Source: an uncultured delta proteobacterium (lineage in GTDB: Bacteria; Myxococcota_A; Polyangia; Fen-1088). From it: 64,000 nucleotides of DNA. The notes under the pieces were generated by a model. That model saw only the letters and a program-made list of their open reading frames with translations, was not told the origin of the DNA and ran no database searches. Location of the stretch: positions 960,001 to 1,024,000 of the forward strand of contig CAWCMR010000025.1 of the NCBI GenBank assembly GCA_963796685.1, given 5' to 3'. The translations under genes were made by a program, and so were the position numbers. Below, in pieces: positions 10,213 through 20,564 of the stretch. Every line of letters starts with the position of its first letter. The stretch's first letter is position 1.

Positions 10213-10390
10213 GGCCCTGGCACCGAGCGACGGCACCAGCACGACCGCGCGGTTCGCGGCCTTGCCGGCTAACCTGGTCTTCGTGACGTCGAGCCTGTTC
10301 GCCGGCAACCTCGGCAGTGCCGCCGCCTATCAGACCCAGTGCAACCAGCTCGCGACGGCGGCGGGGATCAACAATGGGACGGGCGACGCC
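10213..10390 (+). pseudogene. Internal fragment of a DUF1554 / endostatin-like domain
   Basis: NLVFVTSSLFAGNLGSAAAYQTQCNQLATAAGI. Confidence 0.55.
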
Positions 10391-10609
10391 TCCCCGGGCC
10401 CAGGAGACGATGCACTCGTCGAATCCGACATCCTCGGGCCGAGTGAATCGTTGCGCGCGCGACTCGACTACTTCGCGCACGGGCGTGACCAACGAGCACA
10501 AGTCGAGCGTCTAGCTGCCACCGCCCCTCGCGTTCTCGCGTGCATGCACGGTCACGCCTGGGCGGGCGATGGTGCGGCCTTGCTACGAGAGCTCGCCTCG
10601 TTGATCTGA
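10391..10609 (+). pseudogene. 3' fragment of an MBL-fold (FprA/ODP-like) hydrolase, fused in frame to the DUF1554 fragment
   Basis: ALVESDILGPSE...ERLAATAPRVLACMHGHAWAGDGAALLRELA. Confidence 0.6.
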
Positions 10610-10737
10610 TGACCTTTCCAGCTGCTCCGCCGTCGCCTGGCAGAACCGGGCGAACGGAAATGCTGACTTGGTCCCACCCGCCACCCCCCACCCCGCTCGC
10701 TCCGCTCGGCATCGCATGATGGACCCGGATAGTTTGG

Positions 10738-11751
10738 TCAGATGTTGAAACCGAAATTCAACAATGGAAAGCCAAGGGGCAACACCTGGTAGAAATCGCC
10801 GCAGCCACCTTTGCAAATGGGGGCGGCGAACCCGATGTCGCCCCAAATGCTTTCCCCCTTGATGCGCAAGCCGTACAGCAAGAATTCGATCTCACCGAAG
10901 TACGATTTCTTGCTGTCAAACACCCCTGGCGCGACGAATTCGACGCCGAAGGAAGCCCTTTTCCCAATGGGAAAGGAGACACCTCCATAGGGCAGCACCA
11001 GTCCCACGCTCTCGTGGTCAACGAAGAGCCCGTACACCTCGGTGCCGAGGTTGAAGACAACATCCTTGCCGAGCGACAATGTCGGACCGCCGCCAAGGAT
11101 AAGCAGGCTCCAGTTGGCGTTGCCCACGATAGGAGCGAAGAAGCCGCCCAGGCCGTGAAAGGCGATAGCGCCACCCTCGAAGGGCATGGAGACCTTGAGT
11201 TGCGGCATCACGGCGAACAATCCGACAGGAGGACCGGTGCGCAGCCCGATCTCGGCGTTGTCGCTGAGGCCGTAGTTGATGTCCCAGTAGCCCAAATCCG
11301 TGGTCGAAAAGCTGACCTTGCCCTTTTCCGTGGTGTACGCGGTAGGGAATAGGATGATCCTGCCGCGGCCGGGATCGCGATGCTCTGGGGCCTCGGCGCT
11401 CACTTGTTCTATCGGCGGCTGCGCACCGCCGGACCGGCTGGGACGCGGCGGCGCCGGCACCCCATACAGTCGAACGATGGCACGGGCGGCGTGATCGTAC
11501 GTAGCCGGATCTGCCGCCATCCGGTACAGCGTCGGGCGCGCTCGGCCCTCCGGGTCGCCGTTCTCGGCCAGCACGTCGATGCAGTAGAGACGGGGCTGAA
11601 GATCCCGACTGGCGCACAGGGTGAGCACCCGGTCGATGGCCGCGTCAGACGCCGCACTCGTCGGCGGCCCGCCCTGTGCATGCGCGCCGATCGGCCACGT
11701 CACGACAGCAAGTACAAGAGCCAAACCAACTGCTGAGCCTTTTGCCATCAT
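10738..11751 (-). CDS. Hypothetical exported protein, probable outer-membrane beta-barrel C-terminus
   Basis: Signal peptide ending AHA; short HEAT-like segment; amphipathic strands ending LNFGFNI. Confidence 0.65.
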   Translation of the reverse strand: MMAKGSAVGLALVLAVVTWPIGAHAQGGPPTSAASDAAIDRVLTLCASRDLQPRLYCIDVLAENGDPEGRARPTLYRMAADPATYDHAARAIVRLYGVPAPPRPSRSGGAQPPIEQVSAEAPEHRDPGRGRIILFPTAYTTEKGKVSFSTTDLGYWDINYGLSDNAEIGLRTGPPVGLFAVMPQLKVSMPFEGGAIAFHGLGGFFAPIVGNANWSLLILGGGPTLSLGKDVVFNLGTEVYGLFVDHESVGLVLPYGGVSFPIGKRASFGVEFVAPGVFDSKKSYFGEIEFLLYGLRIKGESIWGDIGFAAPICKGGCGDFYQVLPLGFPLLNFGFNI

Positions 11752-12084
11752 GACCTCTGAGCGGACGTGTCAGCCTTGAACGAACAAGGCGGCTTCTCCA
11801 TATTGGCACGAAGTGTCTATTTTCGACAGAATATTGAGCGCGGCGCGAGAAGTGTTCTTCTACCCTTGCCGCTTGGGCCGCAGTGATACACGGCAGAGCG
11901 ATGCGACATCATGAAATCTAGCTTGCGGCACTTGCAAGGCCCAAGCCGGCGGCAAAGAGCCAGCATTCCCGACCAGAGCAGCCCCAACGCACGACGAAAC
12001 CGGGACAATCCGATCGCGGTGCTACGGGACGACCTTTGGGTCTCGGGCGCAACACGGCATACCCGATTGACCTGGGCGCCTAGC

Positions 12085-13356
12085 CTAGGATAGGTACAGC
12101 AGCACGTCTGCCCAAGTTTCATCGGGAACGGAAACCTTCGACTTGTAGGACATCGGCCACTTCTTCTGCGGTTGAAAACCCAGCTTGTTGGTTTGCAGGA
12201 ATCGGTTGGCCACAGCGCCGTTCTGAAAGAACGATGCCTTCGGCCACGCGGTTTGATGGGTGTTCAGGGTGGTCGTCAGACTGGATCCGCGCACCTGGTC
12301 GACGGAATCGCGCTGTTCCTGGGGTGGCGTTGCGTACAGCCGGTCGCCAGCGACATTGAAGGCGCTGTGAAAGTAGCCGATGGGCAGGGTCTCGATGGGC
12401 CTTTTCGCCACGTCTTCTTCGGACGTCATGTAGTCGACGCCGACGATATTCTTGCAGAACCAGCAATACGCGTAGTTGTAGTCCCATATCCGGAACTTCT
12501 TGTCCACGCACGTCGACCGTCGCGCATCCGGGTCGTCCTTGTGTTTGTACGTGACGACCTTGACGCCCTTATCGTTCAGCTCGTAATAGCCGATGTCGAT
12601 CAACAGCTCTTCGTATTTTGCCTTGTGAAAGTACGAGATCTGGCCCTGAGTGTTTCTGGATATTTGGCCGTGGACATAGGCTTCCATGCACCGGTCGTAG
12701 TCCTTGGCAGGCCAATTGTGGTTTCTGAACCACATCCAGCATCCGTTGGTGTTGTGCAAACCGTGGATGTAGTTCTCGTGCATCAAGTTCTGGCCGCCTT
12801 TGTCCGACAACGCGTGCCAAATCGAGTAGTGGGCCGCGTCCGCCATGGGACAGACCGAGAGCACGCACTTCTTTTCTTCACATTGGTCGAGCGACGCATT
12901 CGGCGCAAGGCGCTTCGGCTTGACCTTTGGCCAGTTGTCATCCGTGACCCAGAACCGCTGGGTGTACGCGACGAGCATGGCTTTCTCATTCGGCCGACAC
13001 CAGAACACGGCGCATTCGGCATTCGACCTGACGCCCTTGGCGTCCTGCGTTCCAATCGCCCCTCCCATGCTGCCCTGAAGCCCATCACTTGTCTTCTGGA
13101 TGAAGACGACCAGTCGGCCATCGGCTCCGAAAGCGTTGCTGCTCCGGTAGGAACGCAAAACGCCCACCTGTTGGGGCGTGAGGCGAGCGATGAACGCGGT
13201 GAGAGCATCGAGGTTGAGGTCGTAGTTGCTCAGCTGGTAGTTGCCACTGGACTTGGGCTTCGGGAACTCATGGATCATCACCTCGTGGAGGCCCCGGTCC
13301 GAGGTGACGACGATGTCGGCCGTGCCGACCGCGGGTATGGATTTTCCGTTTGCCAT
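12085..13356 (-). CDS. Hypothetical protein, possible L,D-transpeptidase-like (His/Cys) enzyme
   Basis: 423-aa ORF, no signal peptide; YIHGLHNTNGCW; 23 bp downstream of the OmpA-like gene. Confidence 0.65.
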   Translation of the reverse strand: MANGKSIPAVGTADIVVTSDRGLHEVMIHEFPKPKSSGNYQLSNYDLNLDALTAFIARLTPQQVGVLRSYRSSNAFGADGRLVVFIQKTSDGLQGSMGGAIGTQDAKGVRSNAECAVFWCRPNEKAMLVAYTQRFWVTDDNWPKVKPKRLAPNASLDQCEEKKCVLSVCPMADAAHYSIWHALSDKGGQNLMHENYIHGLHNTNGCWMWFRNHNWPAKDYDRCMEAYVHGQISRNTQGQISYFHKAKYEELLIDIGYYELNDKGVKVVTYKHKDDPDARRSTCVDKKFRIWDYNYAYCWFCKNIVGVDYMTSEEDVAKRPIETLPIGYFHSAFNVAGDRLYATPPQEQRDSVDQVRGSSLTTTLNTHQTAWPKASFFQNGAVANRFLQTNKLGFQPQKKWPMSYKSKVSVPDETWADVLLYLS

Positions 13357-13379
13357 CTTGTTCGTTCCGTTCGGGTCGA

Positions 13380-14825
13380 CTAGACCGGCCGGGTGGCGAC
13401 GCAGTCCTTGTCCTTGAAGATCTTGTTGAGCTCGGCCTTGGTGTCCTGATTGCTCGCCAACTTGTAGTCGGACCGGAAGGCCGACTCGGCCTCGGCATAG
13501 GTCATGTCCTTTTCGTCATAGCCGAGGTCGTGCAGTCGCTGCGTCGCGACCGCGTCCGAGGTGGTCGCGGTTGCATCGTCGATCTCCGACGCTCCACAGT
13601 CGATGTGAAGCTCGCGCGAGTATAGGTAGACGTCCTGTCCCGCCAGGCTGCCGAGTGTCTCCCATTCGACTTCGATGGTTGCAGGGCAAACCGACGGCTC
13701 GGGAACCTGCGCCCACCCGTCAGCGTCCGCTTGGTACGCGTCCGACCATTGCGCATCGCCGGGAAAGCGATAGCGGTAGAAAGTCTCGGGCATGAGCTTG
13801 CCCGCGTGATCGTGCAGCCGAACACGGACGAGGTTGGTCCCGGCCGGGAAGGGAGCCGATGGATCGAGGGGAAGGTTTTTGCGTTTGAATTTGGCCGTAT
13901 CGAACAGCTCGCAGCCGGCTGAAGCGCAGGTGCCGCTGTCGAGGCAGGGAATGGCGGGCTTCTCGTCGGGGTCCAGGAACATCACTTCGACGCGACGGTT
14001 GGTCTGGCTACGGTAGTTGTTTCTGCCCACCTCATCGATGGGCTTGCTCTCGCCGCACGCCACCAGGTGCTGCGCCGAATCGAAATACACGACTTGTTCC
14101 CGCGCGGTCTCGAGGCCTTGCTCGTCGGTTCCCAGCTTGGTCATCAAGTCGCGGCAGTAGCAGTCGTAGACCGCGCCCCAAGTCTCCTCGTTGAACGTCC
14201 CGTTTTCCCCGATCTTGGGATTGCTGCCACGCAGATCGCTGAGATTGTAGCTCTTCTGGAATTTCACCGTGGCGTTCCACAGCGTGGGATTTCCAGTGGG
14301 ATATCCGCAAGGCCAGACGAAGGTGGTCTGCGCCCAGTTGAGGATATCCTGATAGTCGTCCCACAGCACACCCTTCTTCTTGCCGCTGCCGCCGTCGGGA
14401 TAGCGCTGCTCCGCGGTCAGATGGGGTCCGAAGCAGGCATGGGCGAATTGCTGCCGGTCGCCGGCGAGCATGCCGTGCACGGCCTCGGCACGAAGGCGGG
14501 ACAGCGTGACGTTGTACTCGTCGCTGCCAGAGGTGTCGGTGTGACCGGCAACAAGGATGGTCTTTCCTGTGCGGGTCTTCGCGTACTGCAAGCAGGCTCG
14601 TATCACGTCGAGCCCGGGACGCGATTCTCCGTCTGCCGAGGGCGCCGTCTCTCCGGGCAGCAGGACCGCGCTGTTGAAGCGAATCAGCGTGTCGCCGACT
14701 TCGAGGAATTCTATCTCGGGGTCGCAAACCATGATTCGGTAGGCGTGACCACTCTCCAAGCTCTGGGTCAGCCCTTGCCCAGAGAGCTGTTTTCGCTTCA
14801 CGCGGATGACCACGTCGTCTGCCAT
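13380..14825 (-). CDS. OmpA-like domain protein with peptidoglycan-binding and transthyretin-like modules
   Basis: AGHTDTSGSDEYNVTLSRLRAEAV ... CGESKPI..NRRVEV; VRVRLHDHAGKLMP..ADADGWA; QRLHDLGY..AFRSDY. Confidence 0.8.
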   Translation of the reverse strand: MADDVVIRVKRKQLSGQGLTQSLESGHAYRIMVCDPEIEFLEVGDTLIRFNSAVLLPGETAPSADGESRPGLDVIRACLQYAKTRTGKTILVAGHTDTSGSDEYNVTLSRLRAEAVHGMLAGDRQQFAHACFGPHLTAEQRYPDGGSGKKKGVLWDDYQDILNWAQTTFVWPCGYPTGNPTLWNATVKFQKSYNLSDLRGSNPKIGENGTFNEETWGAVYDCYCRDLMTKLGTDEQGLETAREQVVYFDSAQHLVACGESKPIDEVGRNNYRSQTNRRVEVMFLDPDEKPAIPCLDSGTCASAGCELFDTAKFKRKNLPLDPSAPFPAGTNLVRVRLHDHAGKLMPETFYRYRFPGDAQWSDAYQADADGWAQVPEPSVCPATIEVEWETLGSLAGQDVYLYSRELHIDCGASEIDDATATTSDAVATQRLHDLGYDEKDMTYAEAESAFRSDYKLASNQDTKAELNKIFKDKDCVATRPV

Positions 14826-14990
14826 TGGAATCTCCGGTCCAGAATGGGCCTAACGGTCCACGAGCATGCTACACGTTGCCGATTGGCAAGGCCAGGCGAT
14901 CTGCCGACATCACGAGGCTTCCCGTCGCTTGCCGAGGGTGTATAGTCGGCCGTCTATCGAAGCGCGAACACGTCGGCATCCTGGGCAAGC

Positions 14991-15635
14991 ATGAGCGAAG
15001 ATCCGTACCGCACCCTGAAGGACGGGCAATCGGTGGAAAGCATCGCCGCCGCCATTGGCTTGCCGATCGAGACCATCTGGAACGCCCCGGAAAACCGAGC
15101 CCTGCGCGAGCTGCGCGGGGATCCACACGTGGTGAACCCGGGGGACAAGCTCTTCGTGCCACCGACCGCCCCGAAGACGTATACGTTCGAGACCGGCAAG
15201 CGCCACCAGGTCGTCATCCCGACTGTCAAGTCGAAGCTGCAACTTCAGTTCAAGCATGAGGGAAAGCCCCGTGCATTTCAGCCCTACGTGTTGAAGATCG
15301 ACGGGGGCAAGGAAAAGACCGACAAGACCGATGACCAGGGCAAGATGGAAACGGAGATTTCGGCCCTGGCCAAGACGGCAACCATCAGCGTGGGCCAAGG
15401 CAAGGACCAGGTGTCTTACACCCTGGAGCTTCGCGGTCTGCACCCGACAAGCGTGACCACGGGTTGGCAGGCGAGGCTGCACAACCTCGGGTATTCGGTG
15501 GGCAAGGTCGACGGCCAGCCCGGCCGGCGGAGCGAAGCTGCGCTCTGTGCTTTTCAAGAGGATCAGAAGAAGCAGCCCACCGGTAAGCCGGATCAAGACA
15601 CCCAAGACAAATTGAAGGAGCTCCGTGGCTGCTGA
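14991..15635 (+). CDS. LysM + transthyretin-like + PG_binding_1 protein
   Basis: LKDGQSVESIAAAIGL..TIWNAPEN..PGDKLFVP; KTDDQG; QARLHNLGY.VGKVDG..G..SEAALCAFQ. Confidence 0.85.
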   Translation: MSEDPYRTLKDGQSVESIAAAIGLPIETIWNAPENRALRELRGDPHVVNPGDKLFVPPTAPKTYTFETGKRHQVVIPTVKSKLQLQFKHEGKPRAFQPYVLKIDGGKEKTDKTDDQGKMETEISALAKTATISVGQGKDQVSYTLELRGLHPTSVTTGWQARLHNLGYSVGKVDGQPGRRSEAALCAFQEDQKKQPTGKPDQDTQDKLKELRGC

Positions 15636-16716
15636 CCGTCCGGCGTTGACTGCCGAGGAGCGTGACGCCCTGGCCAGCGCGGACGGCTGGCGGCAGGCCA
15701 CCCGGGACCAGCACTTTTGTCTGACCAACCGCCTGGTCGCCGATCTCGACATCGTCGGTATCGATATGGAGAATGCCGACTTCGTCGATGTCGTGTTCCG
15801 CAATGTCCGCTTCCGCGATACGCGCTTCCGGCGAACACGATTCGCCGACGTGACCTTCGACTGGTGCGGCTTGACGAACACCGGCTTTCACGGCTGCGAG
15901 ATGACGAAATGGGTGTTCACCGACAGCGAAGCCAAGCACCTCGAGCTTCGCGACTGCTCCGTCCGTGGTTGGTCGTCGCAGGGCTGCACCTTCGCATGCT
16001 GCGTCTGGCAGGACGTGCAAATCCATGGGTTCGTCGACCACATGGGCCTTTTCGAGGATGCGACGTGGACCAACGTTGTCATCGACCAACCGCACTGGAG
16101 GCGAACGCTGCTGCGCCGGCCACGGCTCAATCGAGTCACGCTCGTCCAGGGCAGCCTGATCGGCGTTTCGATGGTGAACGGCGAGGCCCAGGGACTTGCG
16201 CTGCGCGAAATCGATCTGGATGGTCTCGAGATCATGCTCGGCTCGTACCAGGGGCTCGCGTTCGAGCAGATGACGGGTGTCGGCTTGCGCTTGGCGGAAC
16301 TGCAGTGCCAAGGCATCGGGCTGGTGGGCAGCGGGCGACTCACGGGTGTAAGCGCGACTGGCATCGACTGTACCGGGATGGTTGTCCACGGCAACCTGGA
16401 CCTGTCGCTATTCGGCATCGGCTACTCCAACATTCGCGATCTCCTGATCGCTGAATCACGGATATGCGGGTTGGCCATCCGTGACACGCGCGTCTCCGGT
16501 GAAAGCCTGGTCCAGTCCTCTTGGCTGGACGGCGTGGATTTCGAAAGCAGTCAAGTCGACGGCCTCGCCGTCGAGAATGCCACCATGACCACCGTGCTGC
16601 GGGTACCTGGCGCGCATTTCCGGCGATTGCGACTGGCGGCCGTCACCTATCAGGCGCCCTTCGAAATCGAGGGGCATAGCGTGACCTACCAGGAGGGCGA
16701 TGCCTTTCAGCGGTAG
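15625..16716 (+). CDS. Pentapeptide-repeat protein
   Basis: ADFVD VVFRN VRFRD TRFRR TRFAD VTFDW periodicity; overlaps the upstream stop. Confidence 0.85.
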   Translation: MAADRPALTAEERDALASADGWRQATRDQHFCLTNRLVADLDIVGIDMENADFVDVVFRNVRFRDTRFRRTRFADVTFDWCGLTNTGFHGCEMTKWVFTDSEAKHLELRDCSVRGWSSQGCTFACCVWQDVQIHGFVDHMGLFEDATWTNVVIDQPHWRRTLLRRPRLNRVTLVQGSLIGVSMVNGEAQGLALREIDLDGLEIMLGSYQGLAFEQMTGVGLRLAELQCQGIGLVGSGRLTGVSATGIDCTGMVVHGNLDLSLFGIGYSNIRDLLIAESRICGLAIRDTRVSGESLVQSSWLDGVDFESSQVDGLAVENATMTTVLRVPGAHFRRLRLAAVTYQAPFEIEGHSVTYQEGDAFQR

Positions 16717-16736
16717 CTGGCGGCTGGACCAACACC

Positions 16737-19376
16737 ATGGCAAGGAAGCCCACTTCGTTCACTCTCTTCTGGCGCGCCGAGCACGCCGCGCCCCGGACCT
16801 TGCGAACCGGGCGCGTGGCCTTGCACCACCTCAATGTGCTCGACGACCTGCCACCGCTGCCCGCGATCGTGCTTTACCCCGCGTTTCTTACCCCTGCCGT
16901 CCACGTCGCCGGCGCGCACGAGGGCATGTTCGAGATCTTGATCTTCGCGCGCAAAGCTCCGGCGCTGACCGCATCGGATGTCAATTGGCATCTCAAGATC
17001 GCCCCGGGCATGGATCCGCAGAAGCATGCGTCGGACCAGCCCCTGTTCGCGAACCCCAAGGACAACATCCTTGTCGAGGTCGTCGTGCCGGATGGCAACG
17101 GCACGCTTTCCACCAAGAATGTTTTCCACGGACAGCTCCACCCCACGGTACGCAACCGATTGGCGACCGACCCGAGCACGACTCCGCTTGGGACGTACTA
17201 TGCGGTTCGCATCAAGGAAGGTTGTCTCACCGATCCCCTGGTGACGGGGGGAGGCGGGCGCACGCCGACGCGCGAGCTGCAGGACGAGCTCATCCAGGCG
17301 GTCTTGATGCGCCTCAATGGTCCCGCGCTCCGCGGTCGAGACGGACGCGGCACCCATTGTTTCGCGACCGCCGACGGCATCGTCGATCTGTCCCAGGTCG
17401 AGCGCAAGAAGCCCATCTGCGCTCTCCATCCCCTGTTTTTCTACCCTGCGGGCGGCCTGGCCCCCGCCAGCTTCGGACACGTCTCCGACGTTCATGTCAG
17501 CGCCCGCCAGGACGTATTGCGGCGCTCGCAGGCGCGCGTGATCGACGATGAACGGGCGCTTGCCGACTCGCCACCCATCGGCGATCTCACGAATGTATGT
17601 TCGCACAGCCTGACGGCCATCCTCCAGGCGCTCGGCAAGAGTGACCGCTGGGACATTCTTTTGGCCGGCGGCGACTACGTGGACCACAGTCGCAATGTCT
17701 ATCCCCACGCGGCCGGCAGCCCCGCCCTGGACCCGAACCGCCTGAGCCCGCTCGCGGTCTGGAACCTCATGGATCTGCGGCCAGATCACGGCTACAACGA
17801 CCACTACCAGGCCTTCGTGGATCTCGTGAGCTTCTTCACCCAGATGACCTGGTTTGGCGAAACCTTCGGCAAACCCATCTTCAGCGTCACCGGAAACCAC
17901 GATTGTTACGATGGCGCGTTCGGCATTTCTCCACGCAAGCTCCGCGTTCGCGCCAACGAGGGCATCCCTGCCGACCACAACCTGACCTTCTACGAAGCCA
18001 TTCTGGCCTTCGGGGAAACCTGGGATATCCTGCAGCGCAACAGCTCGCCGTTCACCGCCGCTCTATTCGAGTGGTACTACGCGGTCTTTACTCCCTTCAG
18101 CGATTACGCCGTCGAGCTTGTGAACCAGCGCGTGGTAGGGCTGGCCTGGGGGGAGGACGAGGAGATCGTCAGTGGACCTGGCTCCTACGGTCAGGGGCTC
18201 ACGCACTTGCCCAGGGCCAAAGAAGCCGTCACCGATGCGCAGCTCGCGGTCTTCAACCAGGGCTTTTCGGCCGAGAAGAAGACCGTGCTTTTCACCCACT
18301 TCACCTACCTCAGCTATAAAGAGGAAGTGAGTGAATTGCCCGCGCCCGTCGGCGATACGCGCGAAATCGACGTCGCCGGTCCCGGCGTCATGCGCAAAGG
18401 CGATCCCTTCTCGCACTTCGACATGGGCACCTTCGAGAGAAACCGACGAGCACTCTATGCCTCGGTGGCGGACGCTCAACGCACGCAATTCGCGATCACG
18501 GGCCACTCCCATCGCAAGGGGCTCTACTTCCTCGCGGCGCCCAACGGCGATCACTACCCCGCGGAGATGCATGGTTTCCGCCAGCCCCTCGCCATCGCCA
18601 GCCTGCCCAACAGCGCGAATCGAACTCCGATCGTGGTGTCCGACTCGGCGGGGCCCTTGCCTCGCCGGAACGTGAGAGGTGAGTTCGTCGAGTGGGGCAG
18701 CGATCGGCCAGGAGGAAGCCTGGTCGTGGTCGGGAACGACGGGCGCGTGGCGAGCGTGGAGGCTGTCTCGGTCCCTGACGACGCCCCGAACGTTCGCCGT
18801 GCCAAGCCGCGCCTGGCAGTCGTGCTCGAGTACCTCCACGTGACCAAGAACCACATTTTCGACGCGATCGAGAGCCTGCCGTTTCCCGCCAATCGGCCAA
18901 CCCAACCCCGGTACGGACATGGCCTCGACATCAAATTCAGCAGGGGCTGCCCTGCGCAGCGCTGCCGTCTGGTGTCCGTCGTACTCTACTGTCGCGCTTC
19001 CGCAACCGCTCCATGGCGGCAAATTCCACTCACGGTGGGCCAATGGAAGGGGACCGCCAATCCAGTCACAGTGCGCTGCCAGGCCAACCCGGCCGATGTA
19101 GCGCTCTTCCTGGAGTGGCTCACCATGACCCCCAAGTCTGGCCGCTTCATGTCCATGCGTTGGCAAACCACCGATCCCGAGATAGATGGCGTGTACGAAT
19201 CCAATAGTGCTTGGAACATCGAGGTCGATGCCCGGCCGTCGCGCACGAACTTCATGCACCAGGACCAATCCACATACGTCATCATTCCCACCGCCGCTTC
19301 GGACGGCACCAATCCTCGGCCCGTGGTCGAGGCGCCAAGCTTCGAGTGGCGTCGTCGTTTTCCACAATACCAATGA
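16737..19376 (+). CDS. Large calcineurin-like metallophosphoesterase (candidate effector)
   Basis: All five motifs present: SDVHV, GGDYVD, TGNHD, FTH, TGHSH; no signal peptide. Confidence 0.85.
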   Translation: MARKPTSFTLFWRAEHAAPRTLRTGRVALHHLNVLDDLPPLPAIVLYPAFLTPAVHVAGAHEGMFEILIFARKAPALTASDVNWHLKIAPGMDPQKHASDQPLFANPKDNILVEVVVPDGNGTLSTKNVFHGQLHPTVRNRLATDPSTTPLGTYYAVRIKEGCLTDPLVTGGGGRTPTRELQDELIQAVLMRLNGPALRGRDGRGTHCFATADGIVDLSQVERKKPICALHPLFFYPAGGLAPASFGHVSDVHVSARQDVLRRSQARVIDDERALADSPPIGDLTNVCSHSLTAILQALGKSDRWDILLAGGDYVDHSRNVYPHAAGSPALDPNRLSPLAVWNLMDLRPDHGYNDHYQAFVDLVSFFTQMTWFGETFGKPIFSVTGNHDCYDGAFGISPRKLRVRANEGIPADHNLTFYEAILAFGETWDILQRNSSPFTAALFEWYYAVFTPFSDYAVELVNQRVVGLAWGEDEEIVSGPGSYGQGLTHLPRAKEAVTDAQLAVFNQGFSAEKKTVLFTHFTYLSYKEEVSELPAPVGDTREIDVAGPGVMRKGDPFSHFDMGTFERNRRALYASVADAQRTQFAITGHSHRKGLYFLAAPNGDHYPAEMHGFRQPLAIASLPNSANRTPIVVSDSAGPLPRRNVRGEFVEWGSDRPGGSLVVVGNDGRVASVEAVSVPDDAPNVRRAKPRLAVVLEYLHVTKNHIFDAIESLPFPANRPTQPRYGHGLDIKFSRGCPAQRCRLVSVVLYCRASATAPWRQIPLTVGQWKGTANPVTVRCQANPADVALFLEWLTMTPKSGRFMSMRWQTTDPEIDGVYESNSAWNIEVDARPSRTNFMHQDQSTYVIIPTAASDGTNPRPVVEAPSFEWRRRFPQYQ

Positions 19377-20564
19377 GACCGCAAACGACAAGAGGGCACA
19401 CCAGTGTATTCGTGGGGGTGGCAATCATGGCTTTGACAGTGGATGCGCAGGCACGTCAGAACCTGTGGCTGTACCGCATGGATGCGAAACTACAGCAGAT
19501 AGGTGCGAAAAGCTGGGCCGTGCCGGAGGGCGCGGTGCTGGCACCGCTTTTCGTCATGCCAGGGGGAGAGATCGTGGCGCTGGTGCAGCCGCCAACCCCG
19601 GCCCCTCTTCTACTCATCCGCTGGAGCACAGAAGGCAAGGAACTGCTACGGCGACCGCTCCCGGCGCGCGAGGCGTTCGACGTGACGGCAACGGCCGATC
19701 GGAACCTGGTCATCGTGACAGGCTCCGAGCTGTTGCGCGTCTCGACTGCGGATGGGGAGGCCGTCGCACGCCGGTCGCTGCCTTTTCCGGCCAAGCCGGC
19801 CTCCACCGTGAAGGCCTCTGTGGGCGGCGCCTGGTTTGCCTTTTCCGATCGTCTCGTCCACGTGCGCTTCGACGCCCAGGACACGACCCTGACGTTTCCG
19901 CTCACCAAGTTGCCCGGAGGCGAGCTGCGCGCAAGGCGGCCTCTGCCAGAAGGTCGAGGCCGAGCACGGGATCCTTGCCCTCACAGACGACGGATGTCTC
20001 GTGACCGAGTACGTGACTCACGAATTCAAGGTGAAGGGGACATACTCGCCCGACACCGCGACCGTGACGGTCCTGACATCGGTGGCAGCCACGGGCAAGC
20101 CACAGGCGCAGATCCAGATCGGAAAAGTGACCAGTAGCCTCGAGTGGTTCTGGTCGGAGAAAGGAGGCCCGAGCAACCCATCTTTCATACCAAGCGACAT
20201 GGGCCTCGCGCGAACCAGATATGACAGCGATAACAGTGTTGTCAGTGCCGCCCCTCTCGCTGATGGCGGGGTTCTTCTATTAACGCGGCGTGATAGGGCG
20301 CTTGTTCGACTCGATCGCTCGCTTCGAAGAGTCTGGCTGCAGAAGGTCGACAGCCAATTCGGCACCGACTTCTCGCCACCTTGGACGAGCGGCATTCTCT
20401 TTCTCCCCGGAGGAAGCACGTTTTGCGAGATATCCCCCGACGGGCGCCGGCACCGCGACGGCTACTACTACGATGAAGTTCCCAAGTCCCGCACTGAACG
20501 GACACCGATCCGGGTCGCAGTTGGTCAAAACCAGGCGGATGAATGGCTGATCGTCAATTACTGA
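19373..20564 (+). CDS. Secreted beta-propeller-like protein, copy 1 (candidate immunity), +1 frameshift at ~19893-19943
   Basis: ATGA overlap with the phosphoesterase stop; signal peptide ending DAQA; the two ORF halves join as KLPEASCAQGGLCQKVEAEHG. Confidence 0.7.
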
